64,000 bases of DNA from Methanobacteriota archaeon. GTDB lineage: Archaea; Thermoplasmatota; E2; DHVEG-1. The position numbers and the translations under genes are program-made. Shown piece after piece: positions 38,617-47,951 of the stretch. The DNA lies in assembly GCA_963769885.1 (NCBI GenBank), contig CAVYNH010000007.1, forward strand, positions 416,001-480,000, read 5' to 3'. The notes under the pieces are model-generated. The model was not told where the DNA came from, ran no database searches, and saw nothing but the letters and a program-made list of their open reading frames with translations. Every line of letters starts with the position of its first letter. Position 1 is the first letter of the stretch.

Positions 38617-39761
38617 TGAAGCTGCTGCATCTGGCGGATACGCATCTGGGGTTTTCTGCGTACCGAAAGGTCACTGGGGAGGGGGTGAATCAGCGCGAGA
38701 TGGACGTGTATTCGTCGTTTCGGCAGTGTGTTGATTATGCGGTGAAGACGCGGCCGGACCTGGTGGTGCATGCGGGGGATTTGTTTGATTCGGTGCGGCC
38801 GACGAACCGGGCGATTAGTGTGGCGGTGGAGCAGCTGCTGCGGTTGTCGGAGGCGAAGATCCCGGTTGTCGTGGTGTCGGGGAATCATGAGACGCCGCGG
38901 CTGCGGGAGACGGGGAGTATTTTCACGGTGTTGGATCATCTTGAGTCTGTGTTCCCGGTGTACCGCAATCGATATGAGACGGTGACGGTGGCTGTGCGGG
39001 GGAAGGAGGTGGCGGTGCATTGCATCCCTCAGTGCATGACGAAGGAGTCGTTTGAGCAGGATATGCTGGGGGTGGCGCCGTCTAGCGTTGCTGATGTGAA
39101 TGTGCTGGTGGCGCATGGGGCGGTGAAGGGGATCGCGGAGTTTCGGATGAATGAGTGCAATGAGCAGTTCCTGCCGGTGGCGATGCTGGGGGAACAGTTC
39201 GATTATATCGCGTTGGGGCATTATCATCGGTTTACGCGGCTTCGTGAGAACGCGTTTTATGTGGGGTCGACGGAGCGGTTTTCGTTTGCTGAGGCGGGGG
39301 ATGAGAAGGGGTTCCTTGAGGTCGGCCTGGGGAAGAAGGTGTCGACGAAGTTCATCGCGTTGGAGACGCGGGGGATGGTGGATGCGCCGGTGGTTGAGTG
39401 TGAGGGGAAATCGGTGGAGGATGTCCATCGCGAGGTTCGTGACGCTTTGCGGCTGATTGATCCTGCGGGGAAGATCGTGCGGGTGTCGCTTGCTGGTCTT
39501 CCGATGCATCTGGCACGGGTCTTGGATAGCCGTGGGATCCGTGAGTTGTGTAAAAGTGCGGTGCATTTTGAGTTGAAGCTTGGGACTGAGCGGTCGGTGG
39601 AGGCTACGGTGTCGTCGGGCCCTGGGTCGTCGTTGGCGGTGGAGTTTGAGCGGTTCGTGCACGGTCAGGGGCTCCAGGAGAAGGAGGCGATTGTGTCGTT
39701 GGGGTTGCGGTATTTGCGGGCGGTGGGTGAGACGGAGGCGGTGAAGGAGGTCGTGGTGTGA
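38613..39761 (+). CDS. mre11: Mre11/SbcD DNA double-strand break repair nuclease
   Basis: HLADTHLG, HAGDLFD, SGNHE, AHG, ALGHYH, GSTER; directly upstream of rad50. Confidence 0.92.
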   Translation: MMKLLHLADTHLGFSAYRKVTGEGVNQREMDVYSSFRQCVDYAVKTRPDLVVHAGDLFDSVRPTNRAISVAVEQLLRLSEAKIPVVVVSGNHETPRLRETGSIFTVLDHLESVFPVYRNRYETVTVAVRGKEVAVHCIPQCMTKESFEQDMLGVAPSSVADVNVLVAHGAVKGIAEFRMNECNEQFLPVAMLGEQFDYIALGHYHRFTRLRENAFYVGSTERFSFAEAGDEKGFLEVGLGKKVSTKFIALETRGMVDAPVVECEGKSVEDVHREVRDALRLIDPAGKIVRVSLAGLPMHLARVLDSRGIRELCKSAVHFELKLGTERSVEATVSSGPGSSLAVEFERFVHGQGLQEKEAIVSLGLRYLRAVGETEAVKEVVV

Positions 39762-41863
39762 TTTTGAAGTCGCTGCGTCTGCGGAATTTCCGGCGGTTTG
39801 CGGATGTGTCGGTGGAGTTCCCGGATGGGGTGACGGGGGTGTTGGGGTTGAACGGGGTGGGGAAGTCGTCGCTGTTTGAGGCGATGGCGTGGGCGTTGTA
39901 CGGTCCGGTAGCGGCGCGGACGTCGGTGGATGAGATTAAACGGCAGGGGGCTGGCGGCGGGGAGCCGTGCCGGGTGGAGTTCGAGTTCGAGTTTGATGAC
40001 CATCTGTTTCGGGTGGTCCGGGAGATGGCGGGGAAGCATCTAGTGGCGTCGGCGTCGGTGACGGTGGATGGGGCGTTGGCGGCATCTGGTGCGGATGCGG
40101 TGTCACGGTTTATTCAGGGTCGTCTGGGGATGGATTGTAAGTCGTTTTATACGTCGATTTTTGCGAAGCAGAAAGAGTTGAATGCGTTGTCGTCGATGAA
40201 TCCGAGTGAGCGGCGTCCGTTGATCTTGCGGATGCTGGGGATTAGTCTGCTGGATGTGGTGATTGGGCAGATTCGGTCTGATGCGCGTGACCGGGAGCAT
40301 CGGATGGAGGCGGTTTCTCGTGAGCTGGTGGATGAGTCCGGTGGGAAGGTGCTTGATGGGCTGTTGTCGTTGCGCCGGGAGTTGGCTGGGAAACGGGGGT
40401 CGTTGCAGTCGAGGGTTGCGGCTGAGACGAAGGCGGTGCGGGATGCGGAGGGGCAGCATGCGGAGTCGGTGGCGGCCTCTCAAGAGTCGAAACTGAGGTA
40501 TGAGGAGGGCCAGCGACAGCGGGAGGTGTGCGAGCAGCAGAAGCATGCGTTTGAGCGGCTGCAGCGGTTGAAGGATGAGGAGAAGTCGTTGACCGGGCTG
40601 ATTGCGGAGCGGCAGCAGAAGCAGCAGGTGGCGGTCGGGCAGCTGTTGAGGCTCAAGACCTTGGATCATGATGTCGCTGAGGTCGATCGCAGCCTGGAGG
40701 CGAGTCGTGGGAAGCGTGAGCAGCTGGTGAGGGCGGTCGAGGAGAAAAAGACCCTGATTCGCCGCTGCGAGCAAGATATCCAGGAGGCGGGGAAGCGGCG
40801 TGGGGAGATCCAGCGGCTCGGGCCGACCGCGAAGTGTCCGACGTGCGAGCGAGAACTCGGGAAGCAGTACCACATGCTCATGCAGCATTATGACGACGCG
40901 GTGAAGTCCGCGGAGGCGCAGATTGGGGAGTATCGGAAGGAGTCCGGTGTGCTTGAGCGTGAGCATGCGCTGGCGGAGAAGCAGCGGGAGGCGCTGGAGA
41001 AGAAGCTGCAGTATCTCCGCGGGCAGCGGCTTGAGTCCGAGGGCTTCAAGGCGACCATCCGCACCATGGAGCTGGAGATCAAGCGTGAGCAGCAGCGGCT
41101 TGCGACGGTGGTGAACGAGGTTGCTGGGCTGGGCACGGTGTCGTACAAGGAACGGGACTATCTCGCGGTGGTGAAGAAGGCGAAGGCGGCCTATGAGCAG
41201 TATCAGCAGGCGCTGGGCCAGCAGAACGTGTGCCGGGGCCTGCTGGAGAAAGCGCGGCTGCAGCTCCGGGGCACGGAGGGAGAGGCTCGGGTGCTGGCGG
41301 AGCAGGAAAAATCGAACGAGGAGCGGATCGCTCATCAAGAGTTGCTGCAGCGTCAGCTCGCGGAGATGACGGCGGAGCGGCAGCGGCTGTCGCTGCTGGG
41401 GGAGGTCATGGGCAGTTTCCGCACGCATCTGATCTCCCAGGTCCGTCCGACGCTTTCCGCCTATGCCTCGGACCTGCTCAGTCAGCTGTCGGACGGGAAG
41501 TACACAATGATTGAGTTCGACGATGATTACAACATCTCGGTGTATGACAACGGCGAGGCGTTCGACATTGAGCGGTTTTCGGGTGGGGAGGAGGACCTGG
41601 CGAACCTCTGTACGCGGATCGCGATTTCTGAGATCATCACGGAGCGCGCGGGCAGCGACTTCAATTTCATCGTGTTGGACGAGATCTTCGGCTCGCAGGA
41701 CAGCGGTCGGCGTCAGAACATCCTGAAGGCATTAGCGGGGTTCTCCGCGAAGTTCCGGCAGATCTTCCTCATCACGCACATCGAGGACATCAAGAACTCG
41801 GTGGAGCACGTCATCTCCATCACTGAAGGTGAGGATGGCGTCAGCACCCTGACCATGGAATGA
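39758..41863 (+). CDS. rad50: Rad50/SbcC SMC-type ATPase
   Basis: LRNFRRF, GLNGVGKSS, coiled coil with CPTC zinc hook, FSGGE signature, VLDEIFGSQD, LITH. Confidence 0.93.
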   Translation: MILKSLRLRNFRRFADVSVEFPDGVTGVLGLNGVGKSSLFEAMAWALYGPVAARTSVDEIKRQGAGGGEPCRVEFEFEFDDHLFRVVREMAGKHLVASASVTVDGALAASGADAVSRFIQGRLGMDCKSFYTSIFAKQKELNALSSMNPSERRPLILRMLGISLLDVVIGQIRSDARDREHRMEAVSRELVDESGGKVLDGLLSLRRELAGKRGSLQSRVAAETKAVRDAEGQHAESVAASQESKLRYEEGQRQREVCEQQKHAFERLQRLKDEEKSLTGLIAERQQKQQVAVGQLLRLKTLDHDVAEVDRSLEASRGKREQLVRAVEEKKTLIRRCEQDIQEAGKRRGEIQRLGPTAKCPTCERELGKQYHMLMQHYDDAVKSAEAQIGEYRKESGVLEREHALAEKQREALEKKLQYLRGQRLESEGFKATIRTMELEIKREQQRLATVVNEVAGLGTVSYKERDYLAVVKKAKAAYEQYQQALGQQNVCRGLLEKARLQLRGTEGEARVLAEQEKSNEERIAHQELLQRQLAEMTAERQRLSLLGEVMGSFRTHLISQVRPTLSAYASDLLSQLSDGKYTMIEFDDDYNISVYDNGEAFDIERFSGGEEDLANLCTRIAISEIITERAGSDFNFIVLDEIFGSQDSGRRQNILKALAGFSAKFRQIFLITHIEDIKNSVEHVISITEGEDGVSTLTME

Positions 41864-41864
41864 A

Positions 41865-42556
41865 ATAGGGGCTGCGCCCCTATGACCCCGTTCCGCCTTC
41901 GTTCCTCGGCAAGCCCTCTTGGGCATTGCCGTATCTCACTCGGCGGTCAGGCGTTGTTGTCGGTCGTCGATGATGGTCACGTTGTGATGGTGTTGCTGAT
42001 CGCGTAGGTAGGCTGAGGATTCATCAAGGCTGGTCAATCCGGTGGACTCGTGGTGCTCGTACCCGCTCCAGAATCCCCCGCGGGGGTAGCGTTTGTGGAA
42101 CCCGGGGTGAGCCTGGAACATTCTCCGGGAGGTGTAAGACTTGAGAATAATCTCAGCGGTTTCAATGGAGTACCGCTTGGGAACGTTGACCTGGAGATGT
42201 ACATGGGTTTCGGCGAATCCGAATTCGCCGAACTCGAACCCAAGGCGTTCCAGGTCGTGGAACGTCTGGGTGCAGGTGTCGATGTGGCTTTGTTTTCGGA
42301 AGTTCCGGTACCTTTTGTGTGTCGGGAACATCATGGTCACCCAGTTGTTGCGGGTGTCACCCGCAACCTTTTTAGAGCTGCCGCTCGATACACTCTCCAT
42401 AAGTTTTTGTACTCCTGTCGCGCGGTAAAGGGGCAGGCGGACGCCTGCCCGCCGCGACAAAAAATGTAACGAGTGTTGTGAGAAAAAGACGACGAGCGGC
42501 CTCTCATCTGCGGGTCTTCACTGCGGTTCAGACCACGCAGTATTCCCGGCCGCTAC
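41865..42556 (-). mobile_element. IS200-like element (TnpA only, no TnpB) with hairpin-rich ends; boundaries approximate
   Basis: Y1 transposase flanked by hairpins at 41865-41883 (ATAGGGGC-TGC-GCCCCTAT), 41907-41931, 42416-42459 and 42495-42554; sits between convergent genes. Confidence 0.7.
41936..42400 (-). CDS. tnpA: IS200/IS605 family Y1 (HUH) transposase
   Basis: MFPTHKRY, HVH (HUH) motif, LKSYTSRRMF, FWSGY, catalytic Y..Q in AYLRDQ; AGGAG RBS before ATG 42400. Confidence 0.88.
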   Translation of the reverse strand: MESVSSGSSKKVAGDTRNNWVTMMFPTHKRYRNFRKQSHIDTCTQTFHDLERLGFEFGEFGFAETHVHLQVNVPKRYSIETAEIILKSYTSRRMFQAHPGFHKRYPRGGFWSGYEHHESTGLTSLDESSAYLRDQQHHHNVTIIDDRQQRLTAE

Positions 42557-42611
42557 TGATAAAAATAAAGAAAAAAAGGGGTTGGGGGGAGGGCTTGTGT
42601 CCTTCCTGGGT

Positions 42612-43574
42612 TTATTTTCTTAAGTGGAGTCGGCGCTTGCGCCGGGACTCGGGGCTTTCGGGCATCGGCTGGGAGGCAGCGGGGGGCTCAATCTCGGTGA
42701 GTTCCGGCATCTCCACCGTACTCGTCGGCTTCTTCTGCCGCAGGGTTTCCACGGAGGTGGACAGGCGGGTGAAAAGGTCTTCGTTGGCCGTGAACCAATC
42801 CTGCCATTTCATGACCTCGGATTTCAGCTCCTTGTTCTCCGACTCGGTCTCCTCGTAGAGGTGGAAGAGCTTGGTGAGCCGTTCCTTCTCCTTTTCGAGT
42901 TCGGCGGCGGTGTCCTCGAACCTGGCCTTGAAGCCGGCGAACTGCTCGAGTTCCTTGAGATCATTGACTCGGCGTTCGAGGCTGCGGATGACGTCGTCCT
43001 TGGAGGTGAGCTCGCTGCGCATGTGTTCGACGTTCTCCTCGAACTGGTGGCGGATCGTGTCGAACTTGAGTGCCTGTGCTCGGAGGTCTTCAATCTGCTG
43101 GACGTCGCGCTCACGGTCTTCGAGCTTGTGCGTCAGGGTCTGGAGGCGCGAGTTCGCGTCGCGTTCGAAGGCCACGTGGCGCTGCTGGGCGTCATGCATC
43201 TGGGTCTCGAGCTCGGCGATGTGGCGTTCGCTGGCGGCGAGGTTCTCTTCCTGGCCCTTGTAGGCGTCCCAGAGTTTGACGAGGCGTTCTTTTTCCTTGT
43301 CGAGCTCTTGGCTAAAGCGGCGAGCTCCTTCGGTGGCTTCCTCGCGGCGGCGTTCGGCGTCAGAGAGCTGCTCTTCGAATGATTGGAGCATCGAGGTCAT
43401 CCTGGTGATGCCGTCGACGCTGAGCATGCTCTGGACCCGGGACAGTTCCTCCATGCCTTTGCTGAAGGAAGTCTTAATCGAGTCGATCTCGCCGGATGCC
43501 TGTTGCAAGCGTTCGATGAAGTTATCCTTAGGGGCTCTGATTTTCACGTTCTCCTCAAATCTTTCGTCCACCAT
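42612..43574 (-). CDS. Long coiled-coil protein of unknown function
   Basis: Heptad-rich E/K/R/L/Q sequence with a repeated ELxKEKERLxKL(W/F)xxY motif and a basic C-terminal tail. Confidence 0.8.
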   Translation of the reverse strand: MVDERFEENVKIRAPKDNFIERLQQASGEIDSIKTSFSKGMEELSRVQSMLSVDGITRMTSMLQSFEEQLSDAERRREEATEGARRFSQELDKEKERLVKLWDAYKGQEENLAASERHIAELETQMHDAQQRHVAFERDANSRLQTLTHKLEDRERDVQQIEDLRAQALKFDTIRHQFEENVEHMRSELTSKDDVIRSLERRVNDLKELEQFAGFKARFEDTAAELEKEKERLTKLFHLYEETESENKELKSEVMKWQDWFTANEDLFTRLSTSVETLRQKKPTSTVEMPELTEIEPPAASQPMPESPESRRKRRLHLRK

Positions 43575-43863
43575 TTTCACATGCCTTCCCATTAGTTGTA
43601 TGTCTGGGACTAGACAACTGGTCGTGGCTATTTAATTGTTGTTCTTTTATTTGAACGAGCCTATAACTGTAAATAAATTGTACACACATTTGAGCATGAG
43701 AAAAAAAAGAAGAGAAGATGGAATAGGGAGAACGATTGCTTGCCTTGACCCTATACAGGGCACGTCAGGTTCTTTGAAACTCGGTTTCTCGTAATTTATT
43801 AAAAGGTGGTAGCAGATATCGGTGCAATAGCGTTCCGTTTTGCCTTAGGAGGGCTGAGCTGGG

Positions 43864-44529
43864 ATGGGACTCTTCGACCGCATACGAGAGAGTAAGTTTT
43901 CACTAATGATCCAACGGGTGTTCGGCAAGCGTCACGCCAAGATCGGCATCTACGGGCCCCCGAATGTCGGCAAGACCACGCTTGCCAACCGGATTTTGCG
44001 TGACTGGACCGGCGACATCATGGGCAGCGTCAGCGAAATCCCGCACGAGACCCGTCGCGCCAAATGCAAAACCAACATCAAGATCAACACCGGCGGCTCC
44101 TCCCTCAACATCGACCTCGTCGACACCCCAGGCATCACCACCAAGATCGACTACAAGGAATTCATGACGATGTACGGCCTGGACAAAGACGAGTCCCGCA
44201 CCCGCGCCAAAGAGGCCACCGAGGGCGTCATCGAGGCCATCAAATGGCTCGACGACATCGACGGCGTCGTCCTCGTCATGGACGCCACCCAGGACCCCTT
44301 CACCCAGGTCAACGTCACCATCATCGGCAACCTCGAAGCCCGCAACCTCCCCGTCCTCATCGCCGCCAACAAGATCGACGTAGAGAACGCCAGCCCCGCG
44401 ACCCTGAAATCCGCGTTCCCCCAGCACCCCGTCATCCCCATCAGCGCCCTCACCGGCTACAACACCGGCAGCCTCTACAGCACCATGATCAAGGAGTTCA
44501 GCAAGAAACGCAAGCGGCGAGGCACCTGA
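43864..44529 (+). CDS. oapA: Era-like GTPase OapA (origin-associated protein A)
   Basis: IGIYGPPNVGKTTLANRI, PHETR, DTPG, DPFTQVN, ANKID, ISAL; followed by DUF2073 and DUF2072 genes. Confidence 0.9.
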   Translation: MGLFDRIRESKFSLMIQRVFGKRHAKIGIYGPPNVGKTTLANRILRDWTGDIMGSVSEIPHETRRAKCKTNIKINTGGSSLNIDLVDTPGITTKIDYKEFMTMYGLDKDESRTRAKEATEGVIEAIKWLDDIDGVVLVMDATQDPFTQVNVTIIGNLEARNLPVLIAANKIDVENASPATLKSAFPQHPVIPISALTGYNTGSLYSTMIKEFSKKRKRRGT

Positions 44530-44530
44530 G

Positions 44531-44908
44531 ATGATCAAAAAAGAACCTCACGGGATCCCCTTCCACCTCATCAGCAAAGACACCCTCGCCCACCTCACCA
44601 CCCAAGAAAAGCTCACCTACATCATCAACGAAGTCAAACACGGCCGGATCCTCGTCCTGGAATCAGGTCTCTCCTCCACCGAACAAGCACAGCTCATCGA
44701 GCAGACCATGCGCGAGATCAACCACGACAGCTTCATCGGCATCGAAATCGGCGGCTACGAACCAGAAAAAACCAGCCTCCTCCACCGGATGCTGGGCGTC
44801 AGCCGCAAACCCCGCATGACCGTCGTCGGCCCCGCCCACCTCCTCAGACTCATCAAAAAAGACGACCACCGCATCGAAACCACCATCACCGCCAAAGGAG
44901 CAGGATAA
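44531..44908 (+). CDS. oapB: DUF2073 protein OapB
   Basis: EKL.YII.EVK.G.ILVLE.GL...EQ..LIE.TM..I, MTVVGPA. Confidence 0.88.
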   Translation: MIKKEPHGIPFHLISKDTLAHLTTQEKLTYIINEVKHGRILVLESGLSSTEQAQLIEQTMREINHDSFIGIEIGGYEPEKTSLLHRMLGVSRKPRMTVVGPAHLLRLIKKDDHRIETTITAKGAG

Positions 44909-44913
44909 CCACT

Positions 44914-45369
44914 ATGCCCCACCAATGCCTCCACTGCGGCCACATCATGGAGGATAACGACAACAAATACCTCCGCGGCTGCCCCAAATGCCAAGGCCAC
45001 CGCTTCTTCTACACCAAAACACCGCCCCCCACACCACCACCAACCAAGACCGCCGATGTCAACGAAAAAGTCATGAACCTCATCATCGAAAAACACGAGA
45101 CCATCAAAAACGGTAAGAATAATCATATCCGCCTCACCCCCAAAGAGCTCCGCGACCTCATCGAGCAAAAAATCGACCAAAAAACCAACAACACCGCCCC
45201 ACCCGACCCCGACCCACACCCCGAAACCATCGACATCGAACACAACGGCAAATACCGCATCGACCTCAAAGGCCTCCTCGAAAAAGAACCCATCGTCATC
45301 CAAAAAGACGGCATCTATACTATCCACCTCCCAAGCGCCTTCCAGACTTTGCGAAAAAAACACGACTAA
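44914..45369 (+). CDS. oapC: Zn-ribbon protein OapC (DUF2072)
   Basis: MPHQCLHCG...LRGCPKCQG..FFY; C-terminal ETI.I...GKY.IDL..LL...GIY.IHL. Confidence 0.9.
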   Translation: MPHQCLHCGHIMEDNDNKYLRGCPKCQGHRFFYTKTPPPTPPPTKTADVNEKVMNLIIEKHETIKNGKNNHIRLTPKELRDLIEQKIDQKTNNTAPPDPDPHPETIDIEHNGKYRIDLKGLLEKEPIVIQKDGIYTIHLPSAFQTLRKKHD

Positions 45370-45441
45370 TCCCCATTCTCCCCTCAACAGAAAAAGAAGG
45401 CAAATAGATTTTTATCAATCCTCCTCATACACACCCCCAGC

Positions 45442-46743
45442 GTGACCGCCATGAGATACATCAGAGACGCCGAGTACATCCGCACCCAAGCGAAAAACAA
45501 CAACGACCTCTTCGCCCACTCCCTCCCCATGATCGCCAGCGAAAACGTCCTCTCCCCCCTCTGCCGCGAAATGCTTATCTCCGACTTCCACGGCCGCTAC
45601 GCCGAAGGCACCCCCGGCAACCGCTACTACGAAGGCTGCCAATACTTCGACTTAGTCGAAGAAAAAGCCATGGAACTCGCCAGAACACTCTTCAACGCCA
45701 CCTACGCCGACGTCCGCCCCACCGCCGGCACCACCGCCAACCTGGCCGTCCTCAAAGCCCTCATCAAACCCGGCGAAACAGCGACAGTCTTAGACACCGC
45801 CAACGGCGCCCACATCAGCTTCGGCAAATGGGGCGCAGCCGGCGTCAGAGGCATCAACCTCGTCAGCTACCCCTTCAACGACGACCAGATGAACATCGAC
45901 GTCGACGGCGCCGTCAAACTCATCCGCGAAGTCAAACCCAAGCTCGCCCTCTGCGGCCAATCCGTCTACCTCTTCCCCACGCCCCTCAAGCCCATCGCCG
46001 ACGCCGCCCACGAGGTCGGCGCCGCCGTCGTCTACGACGCCGCACATGTCCTTGGCCTCATCGGCGGGAAACGCTTCCAAGACCCACTCCGAGAAGGCGC
46101 GGACGTCATGACCGGCAGCACCCACAAAACCCTCCCCGGTCCCCAAGGCGGCATGATCCTCTCCAACCGCGGTACCACGGAAGAAGATAAATCCTTCCTC
46201 CGCAAACTCGGCTTCGGCGTCTTCCCCGGCGTCACCAGCTCCTACCACCTCCACCACGTCGCCGCCAAAGGCATCGCCTACGCCGAACACCTCGACTTCG
46301 GCGAAGCCTACGCCGACCAAATCATCAAAAACGCCCAACGCCTCGCCCAAGCCCTCCACGACCGCGGCTTCACCGTCTTCGGCGAACACCTCGGCTTCAC
46401 CAAATCCCACCAAGTCCTCGTCAACATCGGACCAGGCAAAGGCAAAGAAGCCTCCAAAACCCTCATCGACAGCGGCATCGTCACTAACATGAACATGATC
46501 CCCGGCGACGCCGACCCCCTCAACCCCTCCGGCCTCAGACTCGGCACCCCCGAACTCACCAGACTCGGCATGAAAGAACAAGAAATGGACGACGTCGCAG
46601 GCTTCTACGAACGCGCCCTCCTCAAACACGACAACCCCAAAAAAATCAGAGACGACATCAAAACCTTCCGCAAAGACTACCAAGAACTCCACTACTGCTA
46701 CACCAAAGGCTTCCGCGGCTACGACTACCACTACCTCGTCTAA
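45442..46743 (+). CDS. glyA: Serine hydroxymethyltransferase
   Basis: MIASEN, RYAEG.PG.RYYEGC, YDAAHVLGLI, GSTHKTLPGPQGG (PLP Lys), PSGLRLGT. Confidence 0.97.
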   Translation: MTAMRYIRDAEYIRTQAKNNNDLFAHSLPMIASENVLSPLCREMLISDFHGRYAEGTPGNRYYEGCQYFDLVEEKAMELARTLFNATYADVRPTAGTTANLAVLKALIKPGETATVLDTANGAHISFGKWGAAGVRGINLVSYPFNDDQMNIDVDGAVKLIREVKPKLALCGQSVYLFPTPLKPIADAAHEVGAAVVYDAAHVLGLIGGKRFQDPLREGADVMTGSTHKTLPGPQGGMILSNRGTTEEDKSFLRKLGFGVFPGVTSSYHLHHVAAKGIAYAEHLDFGEAYADQIIKNAQRLAQALHDRGFTVFGEHLGFTKSHQVLVNIGPGKGKEASKTLIDSGIVTNMNMIPGDADPLNPSGLRLGTPELTRLGMKEQEMDDVAGFYERALLKHDNPKKIRDDIKTFRKDYQELHYCYTKGFRGYDYHYLV

Positions 46744-46757
46744 CCCCCCAGGCTATT

Positions 46758-47300
46758 ATGTGGATCGGGCTTACCGGCACCCCCGGCACAGGCAAAACCA
46801 CCATCGCAGACATCCTCCGCACCCACCATCACACCGTCGTCAACCTCTTCTCCTTCGCCACAGACCACCACTGCATCGACGGCGAAGACCCCACTCGACA
46901 CACCAAACTCATCGACATCGACCGCCTCACCCACGCCATTATCACCACCTACGACCCAGACCACACCATCCTCTTCGAAGGCCACTTCGCCCACCTCCTC
47001 CCCCTCGACAACGTCATCATCCTCCGCTGCCACCCCGCCACCCTCCGCCACCGCCTCCAACAACGACACTACCCTCCAGAAAAAATCAACGAAAACGTCG
47101 ACGCCGAAACCCTCGACATCATCCTCTGCGAAACCACAGAACTCCACCCCGCCGACCACATCTACGAAATCGACACCACCCACCGCACCCCCGACGAAAC
47201 CGCCGCCATCATCCAAGACCTCATCACCACCAACTTCCCCACCGAGACAAACTATAAAATAGGAACCATCGATTGGTCAGACGAAATCCTCAAAAAATAG
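46758..47300 (+). CDS. Adenylate kinase, AK6/Fap7 family
   Basis: GLTGTPGTGKTT, EGHFAH, LRCHP..L..RL..R.Y..EKI.EN..AE. Confidence 0.92.
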   Translation: MWIGLTGTPGTGKTTIADILRTHHHTVVNLFSFATDHHCIDGEDPTRHTKLIDIDRLTHAIITTYDPDHTILFEGHFAHLLPLDNVIILRCHPATLRHRLQQRHYPPEKINENVDAETLDIILCETTELHPADHIYEIDTTHRTPDETAAIIQDLITTNFPTETNYKIGTIDWSDEILKK

Positions 47301-47315
47301 CCTGGAGCCCCCCCC

Positions 47316-47951
47316 ATGGTCCTCGACAAAACCCGCAAACCACTGGATCCCCTCCTCACCGCGCTCGCCCGCCCCTTCCGTAGCCTCCCCCCCGACATCC
47401 TCACCGCCGTCGCCCTTTTCTTCGCCCTCGCCGCCGGCGCCCTCTTCTACTTCAGCACCCCCCAAGCCGAACCCACCACCCCACTCCTCCTTATCGCCGC
47501 CCTCTGCATCCTCCTCAACGGCCTCTTCGACGCCATCGACGGCAAAGTCGCCCACCTCTCGCAAACCGCCACCGCGCGCGGCGACTTCCTCGACCATGCC
47601 CTCGACCGCTACGCCGACGTCTTCATCATCGGCGGCCTCGCCCTCAGCCCGTGGTGCCGCCCCAGCATCGGCCTCCTCGCCCTTATCGGCGTCCTTCTCA
47701 CCAGCTACATGGGCACCCAAGCCCAAGCCGTCGGCTGCCGACGCGACTACTCCGGCCTCCTCGGCCGCGCCGACCGCATCACCATCCTCATCATCTTCCC
47801 CATCATCCAACACGCCTTCCTCCTGACCTCCTACACCCTCCCCTACCAGCTCACTATCCTCGAAATCGCCATGATCATCTTCGCTATCATTGGCAACATC
47901 ACCGCCCTCCAACGCTTCTTCGGCGCCCTCAGGTGGTTCTCGCAACAATGA
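47316..47951 (+). CDS. CDP-alcohol phosphatidyltransferase (archaetidylinositol-phosphate synthase-like)
   Basis: DAIDGKVA....T..GDFLDHALDRYAD motif, SYMGTQAQAVG, GLLGRADR. Confidence 0.92.
   Translation: MVLDKTRKPLDPLLTALARPFRSLPPDILTAVALFFALAAGALFYFSTPQAEPTTPLLLIAALCILLNGLFDAIDGKVAHLSQTATARGDFLDHALDRYADVFIIGGLALSPWCRPSIGLLALIGVLLTSYMGTQAQAVGCRRDYSGLLGRADRITILIIFPIIQHAFLLTSYTLPYQLTILEIAMIIFAIIGNITALQRFFGALRWFSQQ

Noticed and set aside
43575-43863. Canonical ORB-type replication origin next to oapABC
   Set aside because: No repeated TCCAGTGGAAAC/G-string ORB elements visible and no cdc6/orc1 gene in the window.
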